Positions 11,190 to 22,832 of a stretch of DNA of 39,290 bases are shown piece after piece. The notes beneath the pieces were generated by a model. That model worked only from the letters and a program-made list of their open reading frames with translations, was not told the DNA's origin and ran no database searches. Source of the stretch: Octopus bimaculoides. Taxonomy: Eukaryota. Positions within the stretch are counted from its first letter, which is position 1; every line of letters begins with the position of its first letter. Where the stretch lies: NCBI RefSeq assembly GCF_001194135.2, contig NC_068991.1:28763922-28803211 (forward strand). Direction: 5' to 3'. The translations under genes and the position numbers were made by a program.

Positions 11190-11805
11190 TTTTGTTTGTT
11201 GTTTTCTTTCATACAGAAGTTGTTTTTAGTAATGGTGTTTTCAGTTTTAGGATTCTTGTAAAGTATTCCTCCTTTGCCTTTCATAAATGATCATTTTCGT
11301 CTTTTATTTTGTGAAAAGGGGATATTTTGAATTTTGCATTTGCACAATTGTCAAGATGCTTACCAACATAGAATATTCCTAAGAGATTAATCTTCAATTT
11401 ACTGTTTATGCACATTTACACGATTGCTTTAGCTTTGTTCCTGTTTCTGCAATGTAATTCTCATTGCATTGTGGGCATGTGATGCAGCAGATGAGTCTTT
11501 TTGCTTTGCAATTCACGTTCACATTTCAATTCCTTGCCATTCTTGAATATTTTGGTTGTTCTGTGTTCAATTATTTCACATGTCCTACAATGAAGGTCAC
11601 CATTGTTTGTTACATTCATTATTTCTTTTTCCAATGTGTATCTCACTTTTGTTAGGAGTCTTTTCAAATTTGATGGTTGTCTTAGGCTGTTGATGATTTG
11701 TGATTCTTTTATTATTTGTCAGAGATTCAATCTAGTATTGGGAGGTATCATTAGGCTGAATGTAGGATGTTGTGGATTCCAGGATTATGGGAGACCACAA
11801 ATGGA
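11190..11805 (-). mobile_element. Penelope-like element, RT thumb/linker plus GIY-YIG endonuclease remnant
   Basis: PFV..HNP, IINSLRQPSNLKRLLTK, CRTC, then frameshifted KHLDNCA..FKI.PF..KAKEEYF. Confidence 0.7.
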
Positions 11806-11899
11806 ATATTTCATTGTCATCATCATCATTATTTAGCAACCGTTTTCCATGTTGGCATGGGTTAGATGGTTTTCACCCTCAGTGTGAGCGTTGCTCCTC

Positions 11900-12466
11900 T
11901 CCTACCACCCCACCGGTGGGGTGGTAGGCGGAAGATGGCAGGGCGGGTTTGGGGGAAGATAGCAAGGGCGGTGTGGATAGTGGTGAGGGGATATCTACGT
12001 AGGATGAAGTGGCGAGCTATGTGTTGAGACTGAGTCGCAAAGTCATGGTTGTCACTACAGAGCCTGGGTAGATGGAGGAATTGGGAATAGGGGATGGAAA
12101 GCTTGGTGTGTTTAGGGTGGGAGGAGAAGTTGAGATAAGAATGTGAGTCTGTGTGTTTGTAGTGGATGGAGGTGGTAAGAGTGGAGTGATGAACGCTGAC
12201 CGAAATGTCAAGAAAGGAGACAGAGGTGTCAGAGATAGTGCAGGAGAAGTGGAGGGCAGGATGGAAAGATTTGACGAAAGAGAGGAAGGAGTCTAGATGT
12301 TCATGGGAGAGTGAGGTGGCACCGATACAGTCGTCAATATAACAGCCATATAGTTCGGGTGTGACCAGTGAAAGTTGAGAATATTTGGGCCTCAACATAG
12401 CCAACAAACAGGTTCGCATAGTTGGGGCCCATTCTCGTTCCCATGGCCACTCCTGATGTTTTGGGA

Positions 12467-12468
<2 letters not shown>
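11900..12468 (-). mobile_element. Penelope-like element RT fragment
   Basis: GVAMGTRMGPNYA (shifted frame), YIDDCIG, FHPALHFS, SVSFLDISV, YKHTDSHSYL, SIPYSQFL..RLCS. Confidence 0.85.
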
Positions 12469-12508
<40 letters not shown>

Positions 12509-12511
12509 CAG

Positions 12512-12994
12512 GAAGTATATTTGCCACTTAAATGTGGCTAACCTTTAAGGATGGATGCTATTGTAGCTTGTAGCCCCAGGAGGACACCTCTTCGAGCTGG
12601 CTATTGACACACTATCTGTGCCCTATCAGTATTTGCAAAGGGAAGTCATCCTTCCCATCGTCAACCTGACGTGATACGCACGGACCCGGGTTTCTGGGTA
12701 TTTACCCTTCGTCAGCGCATGAAAATCACTGATCTTCGATGCAAAGGGGTCCCAATGCAAATACATATATCCTTTTTCCAGTGATGAAAAGTCACTGATC
12801 TCGAAAAAGTGTAAACAAGCAATAATAAATATCTGAGCGAGGTATAAACAGTAGCTGCACGACACCGTGAAGTATACTTGCCACTTAAATGCGGCCAACC
12901 ACTAAGGGTGAATGCTACTGTAGCTTGTAGCTCCAGGAGAACATCTCCTCCAGCTGGCTATTGACACACTTTCTGTGCCCTATCAGTATTTGCA
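12512..12994 (-). mobile_element. Hammerhead-bearing terminal-repeat unit (PLE pseudo-LTR or retrozyme-like)
   Basis: 126-bp direct repeats at 12512-12637 and 12869-12994 (offset 357 bp) around a hammerhead; abuts (TA)n. Confidence 0.7.
12677..12721 (-). ncRNA. Minimal type-I hammerhead ribozyme motif (GUC site)
   Basis: Minus strand: AUGCG-CUGACGA-A-GGGU-AAAU-ACCC-A-GAAAC-CCGG-GUC-CGUG. Confidence 0.75.
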
Positions 12995-12995
12995 G

Positions 12996-15900
12996 AATAG
13001 TATAGCTACAATTATCTCTGCCTATGCCCAACAAACGGGCCTACCAAACGATCAGAAAGACCACTTTTATGACACCCTTCTACAGGCCACCTTAAAGATG
13101 AGTGGCAATGACCTCATCTTTACAGCTGGGCATGTCGGACGGCAATCTGGTATCTTCCATGGTGTTCACGGGGGCCATGGAATTGGTTCCTGAAATGAAA
13201 GGGGAACTAGGCTACTAGAGTTCTGTGATGCATGCAACCTATTAATCTGCAACACTAACTTCAGGAAGCCAGATAGCCACCTGACAACCTATCAATCAGG
13301 TGACTCTGCTAGCCAGATTGGTTTCATTCTCACCAAACAGCAGGATTCAAAGCTACTCTTAAATATAAAGACCCTCCTTGGTGAAGAATGTGCCCCCCAG
13401 CATAGATTAGTTATTAGTGACTTTAGAATCAAGGCCAGAAAGATGCCAAGAAGCAGACCAATCAAGAAAAGAAGGATTTGAAAGCTAAAGAACCCTTCAC
13501 ATGGTCAGAGATTTAGGGACATCCTTATTGAGAAATTTGATGAGAGGGAGGAGGAGCTACAGACTTTGGATATAAAGGGTAACTGGAAATTCCTATGAGA
13601 CAGCTTACTAAGCACCACAGACTAAACCTGTGGCTGGTGCAAAGTCCCTTCCAGACCTAAAGTAACATGGTGGTGGAATAATACAGTAGACAAGGCCATT
13701 AGAGCAAAGAAATAGGCCTGGAAAGCCTGGAAAAGTGGGAGTAGCAGGGAACTGTACCAGATAGCCAGAAGGGATCTGGGTGACAGGTATACATAGCCAA
13801 GGGAGAAGCAGAAAAGAAGAAGTTTGCCAATATTCAGTGCCGTGAGGACAAACAAACTGAAGTATTTCAGAATGCAAGATAGTGTGTTCAAGAAAATTGT
13901 GATGTCACAGGAGAGAAATGTGTCCGCATGGATGATGGTGCACTTGCTTTTAATGATTCTGAAAAGAAAGAGGCTTGGAGAAGCCATTATGAAAGGCTGC
14001 TGAATGTGGAGAATGAATGGGAGGAGGAGAGCCTGCCAAATGTTGGCCCAAATGAGGGAGCAGCTACCTGAATAGATAGCATCCTGGTAGATAAAGCAAT
14101 TAAGGATATGAAGTCAGGAAAAGCCTCGGCCCCTCAGGAATCCCTGCTGAGGTGCTTAAAATTTCTGGTGGTGTGGGTCATGGCCTAGTCACCCATATCA
14201 TAAACCAGGTAGTTCACGAAGGAGTCATACCCAATGACTGGCGTAGCAGCATCATAGTCAACTGCTACAAAGGCAAAGGTGATGCTTTAGACAGACATAA
14301 CTACAAGGATATCAAACTGCTGGATCAGGTGATGAAGGTCACAGAGGGGTTCACAGCCCAACTAATTAGGGAGAGAGTTTGCTTAGATGAGATGCAGTTC
14401 AGTTTTGTGCTATATTCCTGGTATGGAAATTTCAGGAGAAAACCCTAGCCAAATATAAACCCCTATACTTGGTTTTTGTTGACTTGGAGAAAGCCTTCGA
14501 CAGGGTCCCCCGATTCCTTATCTGGTGGGTGATGCAGAAACTGGGGATTGATGAGTGGTTAATAAGAGCTGTACAGGGATGCCATTAGTAAGGTAAGGGT
14601 TGGCAATGAGTATAGTGAAGAACTCCAGGTATAAGTAGGGGTTCACTAAGGATCAGCCCTCAGCTCCCTCTTATTCATCATAGTCCTCCAGGCAATAGCA
14701 TAGGAATTCAAGATAGGTTGCCCCTGGGAACTCCTCTGTGCTGATGACTTTGCTTTCATTGAGAAATCACTACCAGGATTAGAGAAGAAATTTCAGATGT
14801 GGAAGCAAGGTTTAGAATTGAAGGGCCTTAGAGTCAATGTTGCAAAAACCAATGCCCTAGTAAGTAGGAATGCAAACACATCACAAACCCCTTCAGATAG
14901 AATGCCCTGCTTGATCTGTAGGAAAGGTGCAGGTAGAAACTCCATAAAATGTACCCAGTGTAAGCTATGGACACATAAGAGGTGCAGCAACATCAAAGGA
15001 AACTCAACTGGGAAGACAGCTTTTGTGTGCAGCAGATACACAGGGGCAATAAACACCACAGATGTTCAGAAAACTGATTCCATCACATGCCAGGGGAAGA
15101 AACTAGAAGTAGTTGATAGCTTCCACTACCTAGGTGACCAAGTCTATAATGAGAGTGGATGCTCAGAGAGCATTGCTACTAGAATAAGAATAGTCTGGGC
15201 AAAGTTCAGAAAGCTCCTACCTCTACTCAGAAAGCTCCTACTTCTACTCCTACCTCTCCGACAAAGGGCCTTTCGCTCAGAGTGAAAGGTAGATTGTACG
15301 ATGTATGTGTGTGAACTGCCATGCTACACAGCAGTGAAACATGGGCCATGACTGCTGAAGACATGTGTAGGCTCAAAAGAAATGAGGCTAGTATGATCCG
15401 CTGGATGTGTAATGTCAGTGCGCACGCATGACAGAGTGTAAGCATCCTGAGAGAAATGTTGGATATAAGAAGCATCAGATGTGGTGTGCAAGAGAGACAA
15501 CTGCGCTGGTATGGTCATATGCTATGTATCGATGAGGAGAGCTGTGTGAAGAAGTGTCACTCCCTAACAGTGGAAGGAAACCATGGAAGAGGGAGACCCA
15601 GGAAGACATGGTATGAAGTAGTGAAGCATGACCTTCGAACGTTAGGCCTCACAGAGGCAATGACAAAAGACCAAGACCTCTGGAGATATGCTGTGATTGA
15701 GAAGACCCCGCAAGTAAAGTGAGATCACAGTCGTAGCCTACACCTGTGTCACATAAGCGCATAACCAGTCTATTTAAAAAGTACCTTTGAATCATCAGAC
15801 AACATTCCGTGCTTGAGGAGATCTATTGAGTCAAGTAAATCAAAATCAAATCAAATCACAATCAAATGGAAATTGTAGTTGTGGTCGTTACCAGGGCTGG

Positions 15901-16312
15901 TGGCACGCAATAAGCACCATTCATGTGTGTGTCGCTGCCAGAACCACCTGACTGGCTCCTCGTACTGGTGGCACGTAAAAAGCATCATCCGAACTTGGTC
16001 GATGTCAGCCCCCCCCCCCCCAACTTGCTCCTGTGCTGGTGGCACATAAAAAGAATCATCCAAACGTGACCGATGCCAGTGCCACCTGATTGGCTCCCAT
16101 GCTGGTGGCACATAAAAAGCACCCACTACACTCTCATAGTGATTGGTGTTAGGAAGGGCATCCAGCTATAGAAACATTACCAGATCAGATTGGAGTCTAG
16201 TGTGGCCTCCTGGCTTGCCAGTCCCCAGTCAAACTGTCCAACCCATGCCAGCATGGAAAATGGACATTAAAGGATGATGATGATAAGGATGATGATGATA
16301 ATGATGATGATG
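12996..16312 (+). mobile_element. RTE-clade LINE, 5'-truncated, degraded ORF, complete 3' UTR and (GAT)n tail
   Basis: APE remnant (ATIISAYA, HGGHGIG), RT motifs (IVNCYKGKGDALD, FVDLEKAFDRVP, ADD), PHD-like finger, RLRWYGH, GRGRPRKTW, stop at 15720-22, tail about 16272-16312. Confidence 0.93.
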
Positions 16313-16514
16313 AATATATATATATATATATATATACAGAGAGAGAGAGAGTAAAGAAATAAGAATGGATAGCTCAAAACATCACTACATATGTTTCAAT
16401 AGTGTGGTTATTTATACAACAATGCATACTAATTATGTAATATTACATAGCTTCATACAATTGTACAACATGCCATTTCATTGGGTAATATTCAGCCTTC
16501 CATCAGCAAAGTAA

Positions 16515-16810
16515 AACAATTATTTAGCGTTAGCAACATAAAAGAAACAACATACATGCAGTATAATGATAGAAATCACTGCTACATGTAGCAACATAGA
16601 AGACACCAACACACATGCAGTATCATGTTGCAAAGCACTGCCACATGTAGCAACATAAGGGTTGCAAAACACAGGTATTGTTTTGGCAGAAACCATTGTC
16701 ACATGTAACAACATATAATGGGACAGCACATATGAAACATCATTGTGGATATCATTGCCACATACAACAATACAAGAGGGACAATAAACATAGTAACATG
16801 TAGCAAACTG
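16515..16810. repeat. Degenerate tandem repeat (about 50-60 bp period)
   Basis: Recurring core acatgtagcaacata. Confidence 0.6.
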
Positions 16811-16853
16811 TAAATAAAAGTAAAATACAAAAACAAGTGTAATATATACTTAC

Positions 16854-16918
16854 ATGTAGTGTCTACACCTTGTTCTATGAATTGAATGGTTAAATTGAAA
16901 TTCTCAGACCTCAGCAAC
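16854..16918 (-). CDS. PPP1R36: PPP1R36-like exon (65 nt, phase 2-1; LLRSENFNLTIQFIEQGVDTT)
   Basis: Acceptor ttcctcattccag, donor T|gtaagt. RLLRSENFN matches human RLFRTNMFN. Confidence 0.9.
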
Positions 16919-17840
16919 CTGGAATGAGGAATAGTCAAATATAGTAGTGATTGTTGTTGATACTGCTGTTGTTGTTGCTGTTGTTACTTAACCACAGGCC
17001 GGCCTTAACTGGACAGATTCATGACTAAAGGCAATTCCAATTAGTAATATCCACATGAACATGCACACTTGTGCACACACACTCTCTCATATGCACATAC
17101 ATACATGGACATGCAGATACTCACACACACACACAAGTCTGCATGCATGCAAGCACACAAATGCTCACACACATCTATTCTGTTCTCTTCTGTCCTTCCA
17201 CCTTCCCACATAAAAGGACTACACCTTAAAGCCATAAATTTTTAACAAAATTGAGACTGACCAAAAACAAACAAAAGACTGAACTCTTAGAGATCATGGA
17301 TGGCTAATGCACACATGCCCACAAATACACTTACAAACAGTCATATGGGTGTACACACACAACCACACACACACAACCACACACACACAACCACACACAC
17401 ACACACACATGAACAAACCTTTTGCTTATTCTCACCCTTACCTTGTCTTCTAAATGAACACACATCTACACACACACATACAAGCATGCATACATACAGA
17501 CATAAGACCAATTCTCAGACAGATGCAGAATAGTCCTTGGAGTGAGAAGGGACGTTACTAAGTCACTGAAAAGATCATGAACAGCAGCAAAATAGCTTTG
17601 ACTAACAAACAAACAACTGATTGACTGTTTAACTAGCACATTAAATAAATGATTGATTTGTTAATTGGTTAGGTATTTAACCAATCGACTAATAATAAAG
17701 AGCTGAAATTGAACATATATGTGTATTATTATTATTGGCTTAATGACTCTCCCAAGACAGCAAAATTTGTTTCAACACACAAATTCACATCAAGAATCTT
17801 TCAAACCAAATAGAAAAACTAAGTTATGCCAATTACTTAC

Positions 17841-17923
17841 CGATTAATTTCTTTATTAATTATCCCGTGTTCTGCCTGTCGGTAGCTAATCCCAAGAAAG
17901 TAGGTACAAAAAATATACAATCT
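17841..17923 (-). CDS. PPP1R36: PPP1R36-like exon (83 nt, phase 0-2; RLYIFCTYFLGISYRQAEHGIINKEIN)
   Basis: Acceptor gttcctttgcag, donor CG|gtaagt. Matches human [27 protein letters not shown]. Confidence 0.9.
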
Positions 17924-18406
17924 CTGCAAAGGAACAGAAATATATATTTATTATCCAATCTAATCAACTTCTTGATTTATAAATATTGTTGTTGTTGCTA
18001 TAATGTTGTTTAGCCTTAACTCATCTCTAATCCAGTAGACCTGTGATCAAAGTCCTTCCAGTAATGACCATTTTGTTATTCATTCAAACTTAAAACATCC
18101 AGGACTACCTTATACAATTTGTCTTCCCTTTTTTCTAAAGATGGTATGGTGTAATATGTGAGAGATTTAATTGCTATTTCTAAGAGGCCAAAAGACCACA
18201 TAAAAGCAAACTTGTTATTTCACAGAAATGTTAAAAGCAATATAATGAAATGGTAAAATTCTAAGAAGCATAGGAATAAATGGCAGAACTTTTGAATACC
18301 ATGCAAAAATTTCACAACTTGCCATTAATCAAACCAAAATTAGGAAGTCATTATGTTTTAAAATTATTATTATTAATTAAGCAGGTGGGTGGATTTGAGT
18401 GCTTAA

Positions 18407-19941
18407 CCCCTTGCAGACAGATTTAGTACTGACAGTCTGTGCTGTGTACCAGTATTAGGCCATTCAGCAACTACATAATTTTACATACAAGGAATTTCAC
18501 AGTGTATCTTCTCAGTGTGGTATATTTGAAAACATGGTGCTGCACAGAGTGAAACACTGCACTGCTCACATTCAAAGTTTGTTCCTTTTCACACACTGCT
18601 CTTTGTACAAGACCACATCTTCTGTACAGTCGTGGTCTCCTCCCTGATGAGGGAATAATGGCAGGGAAATGTCTCCCTGTCAACCTTGCTGGACCAAGTA
18701 GAGCAGATAGCCGACCTTGTGGTGTGTACCCTTCAGGAGGGCAGTTGTTACACACTTCTTTGATCAGTGCTAGTCAAAAATCAAGAAATCGTTTCTATAA
18801 CTGTCAATGCAAGGAAGGCATTGACCAAACAAAGGTTGAGCAGATAGAAAAACACTTTCTTATACCATTTGATGGTTTTTCTATCACAGGAATGAGATGT
18901 GGTCATTTGATTGGAAAAATCCACCCCACCCATGCCTTCATTGTAACTGAGAACACAATTTGGCTCCCTGACAATATTTCCACGCTTATCAATTTCTGAC
19001 ATTTCAGCGGTATGTTGCACGGATAACATTTTTACGAGCTTTTTATCTTTCCATACCAAAGTGAGTAAACCACTCATCAGGTGTGACATCTACCCACTTT
19101 CTCGATTGACTTTGCTGGGTAGGGTGATGATTGGCTGCAGCGTACCAATTCCCAGTGTTATGAAAAATCTGAGAAACTGGAGTGGCATGATCAATACACC
19201 CACATTGAAGAATGTAATTTTGGGCTGCTCCACAAATCCATATCACTTCAGAATATTGTCCTTCTTTGACCAGTGTATAGTTTTACCAGTATCGCAAGAC
19301 CTCCCAGCATATGCAGCCAGTGGTTTGTCACAATCCAAGGATGAACTATTGTCTCTCACAATTTCTGCTAGCTGTAGTTGTTCATCGTTGCTCTCGCTGT
19401 CGGATTCTCGGTACTTGCTCTCTGGGCTCAAATCATAATCTGATTCACAATCATCATCATCATCATGACGGGAACATCCTGGTACCAGTTCTTCATGCCT
19501 CTAAACTTTATGTTTCGGAAGCATAGTGATTGCAAGAAAATTCATAAAGAGTTCAATAGCAACATCCATGCTTTTACAGACCACTTTAGCTTATGAAATT
19601 GAACAGAATTATTATTCACTTCTGCAAGCTTCTGAATGGAAGTAATATTCACTTCTTCTCACTAACAACATAGATATGCATGACTACACGTCAATCACAT
19701 GCATATAACCTCATCTGTGGGCTTCACTTAACGATAACCAAAAACAAACCAGCTTATCTAAAATTCCAAACAGAAATGTAGGTTGCAGTCATCCACTGTT
19801 ACCAGAAATTCTTAACAGAAAAGCAGGTTGTGGCCATAGTCGTTATGCAGCTGTACACTAATGTGGCAATGACTTCCGCCATCATCCAGCCATGCACACA
19901 GTGTTTCGATATAGTCAGTAGCACTTCCTGTCTGCAAGGGG
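18407..19941 (-). mobile_element. piggyBac transposon, internally deleted
   Basis: TTAA at 18403-06 and 19942-45, perfect 14-bp TIR CCCCTTGCAGACAG. Transposase remnants: acidic N-terminus, WKDKKLVKMLS, YNEGMGGVD, KWYKKVFFYLLNL, Cys-rich C-terminal remnant. Confidence 0.9.
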
Positions 19942-20249
19942 TTAAGTATCAGAGAAAATATCTTACTGGATTCAACTCCTGCAAAGTAGCCTTTGTATTT
20001 CATTGTACCCGGGTGAAATAAATTCCAGTTATATATTGAGGTTGATAGAATCAGCTGTTTCATCCCACAAAATGTATGGCTTTCTGCCTATCAAGTAACT
20101 CCATTCCACCCTATTTTGTTTTGAATGACTAGGTCCTATTGGTGGATTAAAAAATATCACTGTTCATATGACATATCTGTAGCTCGTCTCTTCATCAAGT
20201 GTCTCTGTGTTTTTTTTTTAGGGAATAAATGTAAAAATGAAATTAGTGA

Positions 20250-20590
20250 ATATAGAGAGTTGAAGATTACAAGAGATTTGGTTTCCATACTGATAGCATC
20301 AGTGTGGAACAAGTATGAGAGCCAGGAAGAGTTATCAGTGAGGTTGGTGACTGTGATTTCAGAGGAGTGACATATAGTTTCCTTGATATGAAAAAAGTGT
20401 GGTTGGTGATAGGAGGACTTTGGAAAGTAGTAGAAATAACAGATATACATTGAGAAACAACAGGGAAACTGAAGTCTTCACTTGAAGTATTCAGGTGAGA
20501 AATGTGATGAGAGGGTGGAATATATATCTATATGGGCAAACTTCCTCTTTTGGAGTGAAGTTGGAGTAAAGAAGGTACCCTGGACAGCAG
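20250..20590 (-). mobile_element. Degenerate APE endonuclease fragment of a CR1/L2-type LINE
   Basis: YICYFY.FP.SS, HSSEIT, SWLS..HTD resemble the IC..YRSP, EI.I.GDFN, WL...TD pattern. Confidence 0.35.
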
Positions 20591-20603
20591 AGATGGACTA
20601 AAG

Positions 20604-20854
20604 CAGTGGGTCTCAACCAGGGTCTAAATATCCCTTAGGGGTCCATATAAGATTTTGTTGTTAAAAATTATGTGCAATAAATTGGTTATACTTCTACAAT
20701 ACACAAAATATTTCAACAATTTTTTAATATAATTTCTAATAATATTTAATTATAAAAATATAATAGGATTTTTAAACATTGAATAGCTATGAGGCTCCAT
20801 CCAAGTAAAATAGGAATCATAGGGGTCCACTGCAAAAATGGTTGGGAACCATTG
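20604..20854. mobile_element. hAT-superfamily MITE (Charlie-like TIR)
   Basis: Ends CAGTGGGTCTCAACC and GGTTGGGAACCATTG. Perfect 8-bp TSD GACTAAAG at 20596-603 and 20855-862. Confidence 0.9.
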
Positions 20855-20879
20855 GACTAAAGAAAGGGGTTAAGAAATA

Positions 20880-21260
20880 TGTGTATAATATAGCATGATT
20901 TAGTGTGACTGTGTATAAAGGATGGTATATTATAGTTGATATATTATAGTGTATACAGTATAGTATTGTATAGTGTAGTAGTGTGGATAGTATAATATGG
21001 TATAATGCGTTAGTGTATATTGTATGGTTTAACATAGAGTGGTACCATATATACTATCATATGGTATAGTGTGGCAATGTGTATAGCTCAGCATATTATC
21101 TATGTTGCAGTATGCTTAGCATAATATGCTATAATGTAAAATGTAACAGTATGTATAGTATGGTATGGCATAGTGTGGCAGTGTATATAGCATGGTATAT
21201 TATAGTGTGTATAGTAAAGTATGTATAGTATTACAGTATCATATTTCACAGTGTGACAGA
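20880..21260. repeat. Degenerate (TATAG/TGTAG)n low-complexity tract
   Basis: Repeated tatagtatagt/gtgtatag/gtatggtat words. Confidence 0.7.
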
Positions 21261-21320
21261 GTGATATGCCTTAGTATGGGAGTCAAGACATGTCATAAGA
21301 TGAGTGAAATTAATCTCTAC

Positions 21321-21363
21321 CTCGAAATTGATCCTGTCTTTACGAGTTGATGAGACTCTTGAT
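21321..21363 (-). CDS. PPP1R36: PPP1R36-like exon (43 nt, phase 2-0; SRVSSTRKDRINFE)
   Basis: Acceptor cttttacttgtag, donor GAG|gtagag. Matches human KISDTQKDWKFFE and supplies exactly the phase needed. Confidence 0.88.
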
Positions 21364-21506
21364 CTACAAGTAAAAGATTATTATATTTTAATTAAAATAT
21401 AATTATTAATGGTTTGATTGAGACATTCTTATCTGAACAACTCTTAAAACCATGAAAAACCATTGTTTTAGCAACCTCAAATTCCTGTCATATTGCTCCA
21501 AATTAT

Positions 21507-21696
21507 TTAACTCATTTGTTACTATATTTCTGCTGAATGTACCAACTTTATTTCATTTGATTTTGAAAATGATAAAGAATTTAGTAAAATAAGCTAATGT
21601 TCAGAAATTTTGATGCAAGGTTTTACTTCAGATCATTTTAAAATTTGCATCATAAAACAAGGAGAGTCTCAAGGGAATTAGTATCAAAAGAGTTAA
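21507..21696. mobile_element. TTAA-bounded (piggyBac-like) MITE family A
   Basis: TTAA at both ends with degenerate CCCTTT-type termini. Related copies at about 810-1016, 1860-1983, 24560-24787 and 27719-27822. Confidence 0.6.
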
Positions 21697-22099
21697 AGTA
21701 TTTACTCAGACCATTTCTGTGTTTTATTTTCACTTTCCCTGTTTTATTCTTCAGTTTTCTTGCATCTTCTCAGCTTAGTGACTGAATGCTTTTCTAATCT
21801 GATTTAGAAGATTGCATATGATTTGCTGAAACAAGCTTTTGGAGCTACTAGTCCTTAAAATTCAACTGTTGGTGATTTTTATCTTGCAGCCTGTGACAAT
21901 TGAAACAATTTAAGGAGCTTTTGACTTTGTTTATGTCCTATTTTACCAAGATACCAGATGATGTTCTATGTGTAGCAGTGTCTCAGCTTTGCAGTTACCT
22001 ATGGTACTGATATGAAGGTTTCAGGATACCTCAAAAGTGTTTAGAAGGGAACACTAGAGTTCCTTAGGTGCAATGCTTAATTGAGGAAGTCTATATCAT

Positions 22100-22560
22100 C
22101 TACATCATCATCATCATCATCATCATCATTTAACATCTATTTTCCATGCTGGCACAGGTTGGGTGATTTGACAGGAGCTGGCCAGCTGAAGAGCTTCCCA
22201 GGATCCATGTCTGTTTTGGTATGGTTTCTATGGCTGGATGCCCTTCCTAATGCCAACCACTTCACGGAGTGTACTAGACGCTTTTACGCAGTACTGGCAC
22301 AGGTGTGTTCATGTGGCACTGGTACAGGTGCTTTTTACATGGCACCAGCACCTATGAGCCCACAAGGTTAGGAATACTCAGTGGAGAGGATGCAGGGAAC
22401 AAGCCTATATGCAAAGACAACCATGCTTTCACTTAGCTTGGCATGACTTCTCAAGCACAGCAAACCACCAGGTGTCTTGATCCCTAGTCATCCCTTCTGT
22501 GAGTCCCAACATCTGTACATCCTTTCTCACCACTTCTTTTCCACATATTTCCTCTGCAAT
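22100..22560 (-). mobile_element. RTE 3' UTR fragment
   Basis: (CAT)n, ttttccatgctggc, ggctggatgcccttcctaatgccaaccac, ttctcaagcacagc. Confidence 0.8.
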
Positions 22561-22589
22561 TAGTGATCAGCACCCCTTAATTCAGGTTA

Positions 22590-22832
22590 CATTAATATTT
22601 TGTTACAAATATCATCAGGTTGTAGCAGTATTTTTCTATGAACACTATCAGGTTGTAGCTATATTTTGTTATGAGCATTATCAGGCAGTAGCAATATTTC
22701 ACTCCGAACATTATCAGGTTGCAGAAATATTTCTCTATGAACATTATGTGGTTGTAGCAATATTTCTCTGTGAACACTATGAAGCTGTAGCAATATATTG
22801 CTATGAACAATATCAAGTTGTAGCAATATTTC
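22590..22832. repeat. 33-bp degenerate minisatellite, about 7-8 copies
   Basis: Consensus tatgaacactatcaggttgtagcaatatttctc. Confidence 0.85.

Noticed and set aside
22590-22832. CRISPR-like appearance of the regular 24-33 bp repeats
   Set aside because: Head-to-tail tandem units with no unique spacers, no cas genes, and a eukaryotic context.
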